DNA of 64,000 bases from an uncultured Spirochaetota bacterium (GTDB taxonomy: Bacteria; Spirochaetota; Spirochaetia; SZUA-6; Fen-1364), in NCBI GenBank assembly GCA_963845535.1, contig CAWJSK010000014.1, positions 96,001 through 160,000 of the forward strand, in the 5' to 3' direction. Shown here piece by piece: positions 29,057-38,710 of this stretch; the first letter of the stretch is position 1, and every line of letters begins with the position of its first letter. A program made the position numbers and the translations under genes. Under the pieces are notes generated by a model. It was not told the DNA's origin and made no database searches. It worked only from the letters and a program-made list of their open reading frames with translations.

Positions 29057-29401
29057 ATGGACCCGTACGCCGTCGTCAGCGAGGAACAGGTTCGCACGGC
29101 CCTCGCGGTGTTGAAGGAGCGCCTCACCGGTTTCCTTGGAGACTCGCTCGTCAAGCTGGCGCTCTACGGTTCACGCGCCCGCGGGGACCATGACCCGGAC
29201 TCCGATGTGGACGTTGCCGTGATCGTGCGGGGCCTGGACCGCGACCTGAAGAAACGGATTTACGAAATGGTTGCCGAGATCGAGGTGGATCGGCTTGTTG
29301 CGCTTTCGACGCTCGTTCTATCCGAGTCAGACTATCAGAGCTTGCTCGCACGCGAGCGGCGCATTGCTCTGGATATAGAGGAGGAGGGAATCCCTCTATG
29401 A
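29057..29401 (+). CDS. Minimal nucleotidyltransferase (MNT) antitoxin-like protein
   Basis: LYGSRARGDHDPDSDVD (GS-x10-DxD). Confidence 0.88.
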   Translation: MDPYAVVSEEQVRTALAVLKERLTGFLGDSLVKLALYGSRARGDHDPDSDVDVAVIVRGLDRDLKKRIYEMVAEIEVDRLVALSTLVLSESDYQSLLARERRIALDIEEEGIPL

Positions 29402-29805
29402 CGAAAGCGAACAAGGAAACGGCGGTAGCGGAGGAACTGCAAAGGGCCAATCAAGCGCTCACCGCCTTCGAGTTGCTCGTCAGAGGCGGGGTTCTTTCAG
29501 ATGCCGTCTCACGCCTTTACTACTGCCTGCTTCATCGCGTCAAAGCGCTCCTCCTGACTGAGGGGCTCGAGCCAAAGAGCCATGAAGGCGCGCTTCACCT
29601 GCTCTCCCAGCACTTCGTGAAGCCTGGACACCTTGAGCCCGCGGCAACGCAATTTTTCGCCCAGTTGATGAAGTACCGCGAGGAGGCTGACTACAGCCCA
29701 TCTTTCACTTTTGCCGAAAGCGACGTCACCGGTCTGCGTGACGGGGTTAACAGCCTCTCTGCAAAGTTGCTCGATCTCATTCGCGCAGCGGGATTCCAAG
29801 CATAG
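29398..29805 (+). CDS. HEPN domain protein (UPF0332-like)
   Basis: AVSRLYY, KSHEG, REEADY; ATGA overlap with the MNT gene. Confidence 0.88.
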   Translation: MTKANKETAVAEELQRANQALTAFELLVRGGVLSDAVSRLYYCLLHRVKALLLTEGLEPKSHEGALHLLSQHFVKPGHLEPAATQFFAQLMKYREEADYSPSFTFAESDVTGLRDGVNSLSAKLLDLIRAAGFQA

Positions 29806-29896
29806 ATCGTAGTCTATAATCCCATTTCCTTGTTCGCGCCGCGGGCGTCCCCGAACGAAATATCCGCGCCTTCTCCAACCGGGAGTTATCGGTCGG

Positions 29897-30613
29897 CTAT
29901 AGCTCCTGCCGCTGGGCAACCACCACCCTGTTCCGTCCCTTCCTCTTGGCTTCCAGGAGCGCCTGGTCCGCCGCCCTGATGGCTCCTTCGGAGTCATCTC
30001 CGCGCTCTTCCGCAATGCCAATGCTGATGGTGACGCGGATGGGGTGGCCGCCCACGTCGAACGTCGCTCCCTCGATGATGGACCTCAGTTTTTCCGCCGC
30101 CGCTTCGGCCCCCGCGGCCTCCGTTTCCGGCAGAAGAGCCAGGAACTCCTCTCCGCCCCAGCGGACCTTGAGGTCTTCGGAGCGCAGAGCAGAGGCAAAC
30201 GTTCGGGCCGTTTCCTGCAGGACCTTGTCCCCGATATCGTGGCCGTGGCGATCGTTCACATCCTTGAAGCTGTCGATGTCCGCCATGAGGATGCACAGCG
30301 GCCGCCGGTGCCGGCGGGACCGCGACAGCTCCGCTTCTATCCTGTCGAAGAACGCGCGCCGGTTCATGAGCCCCGTGAGGAAGTCCGTGCGCATTGCCTC
30401 ATCCAGCACCTCGTTGAGCTCCTTGAGCCTGAGCTGGTAGCTGTCACTGATGTGGACCGTCTTCATGAACGTCCGAACCATGTGCGCGTACCGGTCCGCA
30501 AGCTCGCGGTAGGGCTCCAGGAGCGGGTTGCCGGCGAACGCGGGGTCGGTGAGGACCTCCCGCGTGCGCTCCAGGAAAGGGTCAGGGGCGGGGGAATTGT
30601 TCTTACGGCTCAC
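29897..30613 (-). CDS. siaD: Diguanylate cyclase, SiaD-like
   Basis: N-terminal coiled coil (ISDSYQ), DFLTGLMNRR, RSED I-site, GGEEF. Confidence 0.88.
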   Translation of the reverse strand: MSRKNNSPAPDPFLERTREVLTDPAFAGNPLLEPYRELADRYAHMVRTFMKTVHISDSYQLRLKELNEVLDEAMRTDFLTGLMNRRAFFDRIEAELSRSRRHRRPLCILMADIDSFKDVNDRHGHDIGDKVLQETARTFASALRSEDLKVRWGGEEFLALLPETEAAGAEAAAEKLRSIIEGATFDVGGHPIRVTISIGIAEERGDDSEGAIRAADQALLEAKRKGRNRVVVAQRQEL

Positions 30614-30996
30614 GGGGCCGATCCCTCCAGGCGGATTTCGAACGGAAGCGTGACATCCTCACGGAACTCCTCCGCCGCCTCGCGGGCGCGGTCGTTCTCC
30701 TTGTCGCAATACCAGGTCACGCCCACGGCCCTCCCGATCTTGTAGGCGTTTTCCAGCAGGTCGAGGAGGTCGATGACGCACTTGGTGCTGCTCGTATTGA
30801 GGTAGCTGAGGCGAATCTCGAGCGTCAGGGGGTCCGGGCGTTCCCGGAGAAACTGCCGGGCCCAGTCATTGATGGGAGTGAAGAAGTCGAACGCGTTCTG
30901 CGGGTAGGATTCTCCGGACAGCTCCATGCGTCCGCGGCTGGCGTCCAGCCGGACCGTGGGCGAAGAGACGCTGCCTGCAATGGTCAGGTCGTTCAT
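30610..30996 (-). CDS. siaC: SiaC phosphoswitch protein (DUF1987)
   Basis: GESYPQNAFDFF, YLNTSSTK, VTWY, AEEFRED. Confidence 0.88.
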   Translation of the reverse strand: MNDLTIAGSVSSPTVRLDASRGRMELSGESYPQNAFDFFTPINDWARQFLRERPDPLTLEIRLSYLNTSSTKCVIDLLDLLENAYKIGRAVGVTWYCDKENDRAREAAEEFREDVTLPFEIRLEGSAP

Positions 30997-31009
30997 GATC
31001 GGCGCTTCC

Positions 31010-31555
31010 TCATATGATGACCGACAGGCTGAAGAACCGGTACGTGTCGTCGATTTCGCGAAAGCCCCAGGAAAGCGGCCGCGTGGCGCGCCGGGCAACG
31101 TCGATCAGGCCCAGTCCGGCTCCTCCCTCCGCAGGACGAGGCGCGCGCAGCTTCTCCTTGTACAGCGCCTTGAGCCCCGGCTTGTCCATGGCCTTGAGCC
31201 CTTCCAGGCGTGATGAAAGAGCACCGACGTCGGACTGATCCACCATGTTGCCGGCGCTGACGGCGTACCCTTCACCGTGCCTGCCAATGGCGAGCGTCCC
31301 GGCGTCCAGGCCGGCCTCGCCGCCGCCCTTCAGCCGATGCGTGTACGACTGCATGTTCTGGGCCAGCTCGACGAAAACGGCGAACACGTCGGACACGGCG
31401 GAACGGGAGGCGGTCTCCGTCTCGAGGTACCGCTTCACGGCGACCCCGATCTCCTCGATGATGCTGTGGGAGAACGGGCCGTTGAAGCAGATGAGGACTT
31501 CGCCGTCCATGAAGCTCTTGCGAAGGCTGTAAAGGTCCAGAGCCGACTTTTCCAT
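31010..31555 (-). CDS. siaB: SiaB-family protein kinase (DUF6272)
   Basis: CFNGPFSHSIIEEIG, VFVELAQN, GAGLGLIDVAR. Confidence 0.88.
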   Translation of the reverse strand: MEKSALDLYSLRKSFMDGEVLICFNGPFSHSIIEEIGVAVKRYLETETASRSAVSDVFAVFVELAQNMQSYTHRLKGGGEAGLDAGTLAIGRHGEGYAVSAGNMVDQSDVGALSSRLEGLKAMDKPGLKALYKEKLRAPRPAEGGAGLGLIDVARRATRPLSWGFREIDDTYRFFSLSVII

Positions 31556-31557
31556 TC

Positions 31558-33522
31558 TTACCCTCCTCTGAGGCGGAATCCTATCACGGTTATATCATCG
31601 CGTTGGGGGCGTTGTCCGCGCCATTGGGCCAGGGCGGAGTCGATGCGCGCAAGCTGCTCAGGCGGCGCAAGGGTCGCACAGGAGGAGACAAGCTGGGCGA
31701 AGCGGTTGCTTCCGAATCCGAACCCCCGGGGGCCCCCGGCAAGGTCGAGGAGCCCGTCCGTTGTCAGGGAGAAGGTTGTGCCGGCCAGGGGTACTTCGGT
31801 CCCGGCCAGTCGCCCTCGCGATCTCCCGCGCCGTGATCCGATTGCCCCGCGGCCCGAGCGGATGCGCAGGGCTCCCCGCGCGCCGTGGCCGAACAAATCG
31901 ATCCCCGCTCCCGCGTACCGCAGCCTGCCCGCCTTCGGCTCGATGCGGCACAGCGCGATGTCCAGCCCGCGCTCGTCTCCCAGCCCTCCCGCGTCCTCCC
32001 CGAGTCCGCTTCGTATGCCCGCGTCCAGCTCCTCGATGAGGGCGGCCGGCTCCGCCCCGGCCCGGCCCGCGGCAATTGCCTCCAGCGCGGATTGCGTATA
32101 CATGCTCATGAGCGCACCGGAGACGCCGTGTCCCGTGCAGTCGGCAATCCCCAGCAGGAACGAGTCCCCGTCATCACGAAAGAAGTAGAAGTCTCCCCCC
32201 ACACGGTCCCGCGGGCGAAAGAGGATGAAGCGTTCCGGGAGGCGCCGGTCCAGGGCGCGTTCACCGGGGAGGATGGAGCGCTGGATGAGGTCCGCATATT
32301 CCAGGTCCTTCACCATGCGCGCGTTCGCTTCGGCGAGCTGCTGCGTGCGCTCCCTCACCTGCCGCTCGAGGTTTTCGGTGGCCGCGCGCACCTCGCCCGC
32401 CATGGTGGAAAACGATGAGGCGAGCGCGCCGATCTCCCCCGTCCCCGTCCGGGGAAGATCCACGTCGTAACGGCCGCGGGCCACTTCCCCGGCCGCGCCG
32501 GTGAGCGCGCCGAGGGGCATGAGGATCAGGCGGTCCACGGACACGGCGAGCACGGCCATGAGAAGCGCAAGGGCCGCCAGGAACACCACGAGGATGAGCG
32601 CGAAGCTGCCGACGGTGATGAACCTGTCCCGTTCAACGGACGCGATGATGGTCCAGCCGAGACCCTCGAGTGTCGCGGCAGCCACGAGGCTTCGCGCGCC
32701 GTCAAAGGAAAGGCTGGCGGTGTGCATCGCGCCCGGATCCTCGCGGGCGGAGGCGAGGAGAGACTGCAGGGCATTACGGTCCGCGGCGGAGCCGGCGAGG
32801 TTGACGGCTTTCAACTTGGCCCCCGCGGTCAAGGTCCGCGCGTTTTGTTCGAGGTATCCGAGGTTCCTGTGCGCAGTGATGTTGCCATCCGCGTCCACGA
32901 GCGTCACCGAGACCCCTTCTCTGGCTTCCGCCGTCAGGTCCGCGACAAAGCTGGTAAGGTCGATGCCGCTCCCTGCCAGGCCGATGGGCCTGTCCCCGTC
33001 CCTCACAATGCAGTTGATCCAGACTTTCGTCACGTGAATATGGGTGTCGTAATCCAGGTTGAGAGCCCAGTCCTTGACCGTCTGCATTGTCTGGTAGAAC
33101 CATTGGTCAACTGGCCGTTCGGGGCTGAGCTGGACCGCCGCGAGCTCTCCCGTTGAGGGCTGGTTGTAATACATGTTGCTGGAGAGGATGGCCACGAAAT
33201 AGCTGTGGTCCGCGAAAGCCCGGCGAAAGCTTTCCAGCTCCGCGCGCGCGGCCGCTTGTTTTGCCGGGTTCCGCTCATCCAGCATCCATGCCTTGAGGAC
33301 CGGCGAATCCGCGAGCTCCCGGGCCAGGGCCACCTGGGGCTGGATCAAGCCGCGGATCCTCTCCTCCGCAAGGCGCGTGTTCGTGACGGCAAACCGCGTT
33401 CCCAGCGCCTCCACGATCCCGCGCGCGGTGGCAAGAAATAGGAGGAAGCAGACCAGTCCTGCCGCGAGGAACAGGGCAAACACGAAAAAGAGGAACCGGG
33501 GCTTGAGCCCCCACCTGCGCAT
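31558..33522 (-). CDS. siaA: SiaA-like membrane PP2C phosphatase (Cache-HAMP-SpoIIE)
   Basis: TM, periplasmic sensor (KVWIN), TM, HAMP; VGGDFY, ADCTGHG, TDG, RDDIT. Confidence 0.88.
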   Translation of the reverse strand: MRRWGLKPRFLFFVFALFLAAGLVCFLLFLATARGIVEALGTRFAVTNTRLAEERIRGLIQPQVALARELADSPVLKAWMLDERNPAKQAAARAELESFRRAFADHSYFVAILSSNMYYNQPSTGELAAVQLSPERPVDQWFYQTMQTVKDWALNLDYDTHIHVTKVWINCIVRDGDRPIGLAGSGIDLTSFVADLTAEAREGVSVTLVDADGNITAHRNLGYLEQNARTLTAGAKLKAVNLAGSAADRNALQSLLASAREDPGAMHTASLSFDGARSLVAAATLEGLGWTIIASVERDRFITVGSFALILVVFLAALALLMAVLAVSVDRLILMPLGALTGAAGEVARGRYDVDLPRTGTGEIGALASSFSTMAGEVRAATENLERQVRERTQQLAEANARMVKDLEYADLIQRSILPGERALDRRLPERFILFRPRDRVGGDFYFFRDDGDSFLLGIADCTGHGVSGALMSMYTQSALEAIAAGRAGAEPAALIEELDAGIRSGLGEDAGGLGDERGLDIALCRIEPKAGRLRYAGAGIDLFGHGARGALRIRSGRGAIGSRRGRSRGRLAGTEVPLAGTTFSLTTDGLLDLAGGPRGFGFGSNRFAQLVSSCATLAPPEQLARIDSALAQWRGQRPQRDDITVIGFRLRGG

Positions 33523-33524
33523 GA

Positions 33525-34274
33525 CTACCCGCGGCCCATGAGGGGCAGGCGCACGCCGTTGATTGTCGCCGCTTCCTCAGAGCAGAGGAAAAGCATGGCC
33601 GCGGCGATTTCCCGGGCGGGCGTGGATTTGCCGTACGGCTTTTTTGCCGCGCCGCCGCCCGCCGCCCCCGCCCCAACGCCGGCACCCGCGCCGCGCCCGT
33701 CGGCTTCCGTCTCAATGCTATCCACCATCACGAGGTTGGCCGTTGAGCCGGAGCCGGCAAGCTCGCTGGCAAGAGCAAGCACAAGAGCGTCAGAGGCCGA
33801 CTTGGCCGCGGCATAGAGGGCGTTCTTCCCGGTGGGGGCCTGCGCGCGCGGTGAAGTCACCGCAAGGAAGCGTCCCCAGCCGCCCGCGGCGAGCGGTTTG
33901 GCAAATGCGCGCACTACGTTCAGCGTGGTCTTTACCAGCATGGCGTGCAGGAAATCCCAGTCTGCGGTGGCAATCTCGCTGATTCCCGTCCCTCCTTTGT
34001 AACCGCCGACGAGGTGTACGACGACGTCCACCCGGCCGAAGGTCGTGATGACGGCGTCAGCCCATGCCTGAGCGGCTCTTTCCTCCGTGAGGTCTACCGG
34101 GGTCGCCATTCGTCTTTCGGGCGGCGCACCCAGGGAGTCGAGCAGTCCTATGAGCTTCCGGTCCTCACGCCCGGCAAGCGCGAGCTTCGCTCCTGCCTCG
34201 CAAAAGGCGCGCACAACGGTGGGACCCAGTCCCCCGGCTGCGCCGGAGATTGCCGCCACTTTGTCCTTCAGCAC
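33525..34274 (-). CDS. Short-chain dehydrogenase/reductase
   Basis: GTG 34274; SGAAGGLG, YAAAK, INGVRLP; Gly/Ala-rich loop insertion. Confidence 0.88.
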   Translation of the reverse strand: MLKDKVAAISGAAGGLGPTVVRAFCEAGAKLALAGREDRKLIGLLDSLGAPPERRMATPVDLTEERAAQAWADAVITTFGRVDVVVHLVGGYKGGTGISEIATADWDFLHAMLVKTTLNVVRAFAKPLAAGGWGRFLAVTSPRAQAPTGKNALYAAAKSASDALVLALASELAGSGSTANLVMVDSIETEADGRGAGAGVGAGAAGGGAAKKPYGKSTPAREIAAAMLFLCSEEAATINGVRLPLMGRG

Positions 34275-34357
34275 TCTTGGGGCCTCCCGTGTTTGATAAG
34301 GTACGGGCTTGCCGCGTCCCGTGTCAAACGCTACGCTACGCACCCAAAGGAAAAGGC

Positions 34358-35050
34358 ATGGAAACGGCTTTGCGACGGAAAGAGTTCCTTGGGGGAGTGC
34401 GGGACGAATCCCCCATCCTGCTCGGCGTGGTCCCATTCGGATTGATTTTCGGCGCGCTGGCAGTGACCTCGGGGATGTCCACCGCGGCCGCGCAGGCAAT
34501 GTCCTCCCTCGTTTTCGCGGGTTCAGCGCAGTTCATTGCGGCGCAGCTGCTCGGCGCGGACGCCTCTGGCATCGTCATCCTCATGGTCGTGCTTGTTGTG
34601 AACCTTCGCCATGCGTTGTACAGCGCCTCGATTGCCCCTCACGTGGGGGGCCTCCGGCCGGGCTGGAAGCTGATGCTCGCCTACCTCCTCACGGATGAGG
34701 CGTACGCGGTAACCATCACCCACTACAAGAGCCGGGGAGACGCGCGGCGGCGGCATTGGTATTTTCTCGGAGCCGGGCTGACCCTCTGGACTTCCTGGCA
34801 GCTCAGCACCGCGGTTGGCATCTTCATTGGCGCGCAGATACCGCGCACCTGGCCGCTGGGCTTCGTGCTTCCCCTCACCTTCATTGCCCTGGTGGTGCCG
34901 GCTCTGAAGGACGGGGCGAGCGTAGCGGCGGCCGTGATAGCCGGAGCGCTTGGACTTTTGGTCGCTGGCCTCCCTTACAAAACAGGTATCATTGTTGCAG
35001 CCCTCGTGGGCATCACGGTGGGCATGCTTGTGGAGGCGCGCAAGGGATGA
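34358..35050 (+). CDS. azlC: AzlC family branched-chain amino acid exporter subunit
   Basis: PFGLIFG, VFAGSAQF, NLRHALY, LTDEAYA. Confidence 0.9.
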   Translation: METALRRKEFLGGVRDESPILLGVVPFGLIFGALAVTSGMSTAAAQAMSSLVFAGSAQFIAAQLLGADASGIVILMVVLVVNLRHALYSASIAPHVGGLRPGWKLMLAYLLTDEAYAVTITHYKSRGDARRRHWYFLGAGLTLWTSWQLSTAVGIFIGAQIPRTWPLGFVLPLTFIALVVPALKDGASVAAAVIAGALGLLVAGLPYKTGIIVAALVGITVGMLVEARKG

Positions 35051-35364
35051 ACCCCTGGATTACGATGGTTGCCGCCGGCCTCCTGACCTACGGCATACGG
35101 CTTTCTTTCATTGCGCTGACGGGCCGTATCACGGTGCCGGACTGGTTCCAGCGCGCCTTGCGTTTTGTTCCTGCCGCCGTGCTCTCCGCGATCATTGTCC
35201 CGGGACTCTTTGACAGGGGGGGGACGCTGGACTTCTCCGTGAGAAATCCGCAGATTTGGGCTGGCATTCTTGCAATCGCCGTGGCCTGGCGGACGAAAAG
35301 CGTCCTGCTGACGATTGTCGTAGGGATGGCGGCGTTGCTCGCCTTGCAACTCATCCTGGGGTGA
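35047..35364 (+). CDS. azlD: AzlD family protein
   Basis: TYGIRLSF, LRFVPAAVLSAI; ATGA overlap with azlC. Confidence 0.88.
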   Translation: MNPWITMVAAGLLTYGIRLSFIALTGRITVPDWFQRALRFVPAAVLSAIIVPGLFDRGGTLDFSVRNPQIWAGILAIAVAWRTKSVLLTIVVGMAALLALQLILG

Positions 35365-35382
35365 GCCCTTCGAGGAGGCATC

Positions 35383-36207
35383 ATGGACCAGTCATCCGCG
35401 GTCACCTTGAACAACGGAGTCGCCATGCCGTGGCTGGGACTCGGCGTCTGGAAATCAGCGCCCGGCACTGAGACGGAACAAGCCGTCCGTTGGGCCCTGG
35501 AGACTGGCTACCGACACATCGACACTGCGGCGCTGTACGAGAATGAGTCTGATGTCGGCAAGGCTTTGCGCGGCAGCGGCGTTCCCCGCGAGTCTGTGTT
35601 CATCACCACCAAGGTCTGGAACTCTGACCAGGGGTACGCCAACACGATGAAGGCTTTCGATGAAAGCAGGCGGAAGCTCGGCCTCGACGTGGTCGATCTT
35701 TACCTGGTTCACTGGCCGATCAAGGGGAAGTTTCCCGAAACGTGGAAGGCGCTGGAGAAGCTGTATGCGGACGGAAAAGTCCGCGCCATCGGAGTCAGCA
35801 ACTTCCTGATCCATCACCTTGAAGAGCTGCTGGCAGCGAGCAGCGTGACCCCCGCGGTCAACCAGGTGGAGTTTCATCCATTACTCGTGCAAAAAGAGCT
35901 TCTTGACTTTGACGCAGCCAGGGGCATCCGTCACGAGGCATGGGCGCCGCTGACTCGTGGAAGGATTTTTGTGAACCCCGTGCTGCTCTCTCTCGCGGAA
36001 AAATACGGCAAGACGCCTGCCCAGATCGTGCTGCGGTGCGACATCCAGCTCGGGGTGGTCACCATCCCGAAGTCGGTGCGCCGTGAACGCATTGTGGAGA
36101 ACAGCCGCATCTTCGATTTCGAGCTTTCCCGTGGTGACCTGGAAACGCTGTCCTCCCTCGATTCCGGGGAGAGGATCGGCTGGCATCCGGACAAAGTCAC
36201 CGGATAG
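35383..36207 (+). CDS. Aldo/keto reductase
   Basis: GYRHIDTAALY, ITTKVW, YLVHWP, IGVSNF, IPKS. Confidence 0.95.
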   Translation: MDQSSAVTLNNGVAMPWLGLGVWKSAPGTETEQAVRWALETGYRHIDTAALYENESDVGKALRGSGVPRESVFITTKVWNSDQGYANTMKAFDESRRKLGLDVVDLYLVHWPIKGKFPETWKALEKLYADGKVRAIGVSNFLIHHLEELLAASSVTPAVNQVEFHPLLVQKELLDFDAARGIRHEAWAPLTRGRIFVNPVLLSLAEKYGKTPAQIVLRCDIQLGVVTIPKSVRRERIVENSRIFDFELSRGDLETLSSLDSGERIGWHPDKVTG

Positions 36208-36445
36208 AAATTCAGTTCCGTCACGCAATAATCCCGCTTCTGGAACGTCAATCTGGAGAGAAGGGTGCAAAAAAAGCGCCCTCAGGTGTTACACTGTGGT
36301 TGACAGGAGACCGGCGTCCGTGGTATTTGGCGGCGTTCCCGATTGATAAACCGCAAACCGCTGGTGGTCGGGTGTGCGTACGTACCCTTGTTAACACTTC
36401 ATTGACACAAAGGACTTACAATTGGCAAGGCAAGGAGAGCTTACC

Positions 36446-37177
36446 ATGAACGTGATCGAGCTTCGAGGCGTGAAGAAGAATTACCCGCTGGGCGCCACGA
36501 CGGTGCACGCGCTGCGCGGAGTGGACCTGGCCATCAGGGAAGGGGACTTCATCTCCATCGTGGGTCCCTCGGGAAGCGGCAAGACGACGCTGTTGAACAT
36601 CATCGGGTGCATCGACCATGCCTCCGAGGGGTTGGTGAAGATCCATGAGGAGGACGTGACGACCTACACGGACCGAAGGCTCACGGACCTGAGGCTTCAC
36701 ACCATCGGGTTCATATTCCAGACCTTCAACCTGATCCCGGTGCTGACCACGCGGGAGAACGTGGAGTTTCCGCTTCTTTTGATGAAGGAAGGTTTGTCCC
36801 GGAAGGAGATCCGCGAACGCGCGGAGAAGCTCATCGAGGAGGTGGGACTGACGGAGCAGATCAGCCACAAGCCTTACGAGCTGTCGGGGGGGCAGCGGCA
36901 GCGGGTGGCAATAGCGCGCGCTCTGGTGACCCGGCCCACCATCGTGCTTGCGGATGAGCCCACGGCGAACCTGGACTCAGAGACAGGAGAGATGATCCTG
37001 AAGCTGATGAAGGAGCTGAACAGGATCGAAAAGACCACCTTCATCTTCTCCACGCATGACGCGGATATCCTGAAATACGCCAACGGGGTGGTGAAGATCA
37101 AAGACGGGCTGATGGTCGACGGCTCACACGGTGAAGACGCCATGGCCGGCCCGCACGGCGCGCCCGCGCAGAACTGA
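36446..37177 (+). CDS. ABC transporter ATP-binding protein (LolD/MacB-like)
   Basis: GPSGSGKT, LSGGQRQR, ADEPTANLD, STHD. Confidence 0.95.
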   Translation: MNVIELRGVKKNYPLGATTVHALRGVDLAIREGDFISIVGPSGSGKTTLLNIIGCIDHASEGLVKIHEEDVTTYTDRRLTDLRLHTIGFIFQTFNLIPVLTTRENVEFPLLLMKEGLSRKEIRERAEKLIEEVGLTEQISHKPYELSGGQRQRVAIARALVTRPTIVLADEPTANLDSETGEMILKLMKELNRIEKTTFIFSTHDADILKYANGVVKIKDGLMVDGSHGEDAMAGPHGAPAQN

Positions 37178-37187
37178 GGGCTGAGTC

Positions 37188-38699
37188 ATGCTGACACTGA
37201 AGATAGCGTGGAGGAGCCTGCTCCGGCACAAGGCCAAGAGCCTTGTGATCGGGGTGATCCTGTTCCTGGGGGCCTTCATCATGACGCTGGGGGATGCCAC
37301 GGCAATCGGGATGAGGCGGGGGATCGAAGAGAACGTCGTGAAAAGCTTCACGGGCAACGTGGTGCTGGTGAGTAGCGATGAGACAAAGGACAACGTGCTT
37401 TTCACCCCGATGATGAAGCCTTTGAAGATCCTGAAAGACTATGACCAGGTGCGTTCCTTGCTCCAGCAGCAAAGCTACGTGAAGGACTTCATCCCCATGA
37501 CCCGCGGCGGGCTTTCCATCCTCGGCGGGCAGGAGATGAGCTTCATGGGGACATTCGGGTGCAACTTCGACGACTTCCAGCGGGTGTTCGGCAACCCCAT
37601 CACGCCCGTGGAAGGGCACCTCCTGCACAACGGGGAGCACGGGATCATGCTGAACGTGCAGGGCAGGAAGAACCAGTACAAGTCGCAGGGTTACTGGCTG
37701 GTGCCGGAAGGCACGCAACTGGACAAAGCCAACCTGAGTGATGAAGCAAAGAAGGAAACCGACCTGGAGGTGAAAAGCTCCCTCGCCCTGGAAGGCTTCG
37801 GGGAAGTGAACTCCACGAACGCCGACGTGCCGGTGGTGGGAATCGTGCGCTTCCGGAGCCTGAACACGCTGATGCAGGAAATCACGATCATGGACATCGA
37901 GACGTATCGGCAGCTCTTCGGCTACTACACGGCGGAAGACGTCGTGGCAAAGCTTCCTCCGCGGGAGAGCGCGCTTCTGTCCGCGGGAGAGGACTCGTTG
38001 TTCGAGGGCGGAGACATCTACGCCACGGGAAAGACCGCCGCCAACGTGACGCAGCTGGAGAAGGAGATCCGGGCGCCCGTGACTGTGACGCACAAGATCA
38101 ACTTCGACGAGGCGGCGTATAACTACGTCTCCGTGCTGCTCAAGCCGGGGATGAGCACGGACACCGCGGTGACGAAGCTCAAGACGCTGATGAAAGACAA
38201 CAACCTGCCGGTGAAAGTGCTGAGCTGGAAGAAGGCATCAGGACAGGTGGCCTCCACGGCGGACGTGCTGCAGATCATCATTTACGTTTTCGTGATCCTC
38301 CTGTTCTTTGTGGCCATCATCATCATCATGAACACCTTGAGCATGAACGCGCTGGAGCGCACGGAGGAGTTCGGGATGATGAGGGCGGTGGGGGCGCAGA
38401 AAAACTTCGTCACGAAAATGTTCCTGGCGGAGACATTCTCCCTGTCATTCGTGTTCGGGGGGGCGGGAATCCTGGTGGGAGTGATCGGGACGTGGATCGT
38501 CCGAGCGGTGCACATCGGTTCCGCGGGGAACGAGATATTCGAGCTTCTCTTCGGCGGGGAGATCTTCCGTCCGACGTTGGGGTTCATAGGCCTGGTGGTG
38601 GGGATCATCGGGCTTGCGGCGGTGACGGTGCTTGCGGTGCTGTACCCGGTGCGCGTGGCGCGCAAGATCACGCCCCTGGATGCCATCAACAGGCATTAA
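37188..38699 (+). CDS. FtsX/LolE-like ABC permease
   Basis: IAWRSLLR, TM plus large periplasmic loop, ERTEEFGMMRAVG, PLDAI. Confidence 0.9.
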   Translation: MLTLKIAWRSLLRHKAKSLVIGVILFLGAFIMTLGDATAIGMRRGIEENVVKSFTGNVVLVSSDETKDNVLFTPMMKPLKILKDYDQVRSLLQQQSYVKDFIPMTRGGLSILGGQEMSFMGTFGCNFDDFQRVFGNPITPVEGHLLHNGEHGIMLNVQGRKNQYKSQGYWLVPEGTQLDKANLSDEAKKETDLEVKSSLALEGFGEVNSTNADVPVVGIVRFRSLNTLMQEITIMDIETYRQLFGYYTAEDVVAKLPPRESALLSAGEDSLFEGGDIYATGKTAANVTQLEKEIRAPVTVTHKINFDEAAYNYVSVLLKPGMSTDTAVTKLKTLMKDNNLPVKVLSWKKASGQVASTADVLQIIIYVFVILLFFVAIIIIMNTLSMNALERTEEFGMMRAVGAQKNFVTKMFLAETFSLSFVFGGAGILVGVIGTWIVRAVHIGSAGNEIFELLFGGEIFRPTLGFIGLVVGIIGLAAVTVLAVLYPVRVARKITPLDAINRH

Positions 38700-38710
38700 G
38701 GAAGAACGAC

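Noticed and set aside
36252..36286. Glycine-riboswitch-like words (TCTGGAGAGA...GAAGG...CTCAGG)
   Set aside because: Too short for the aptamer helices, no tandem aptamer and no glycine gene downstream; an Infernal scan with the Rfam glycine model would settle it
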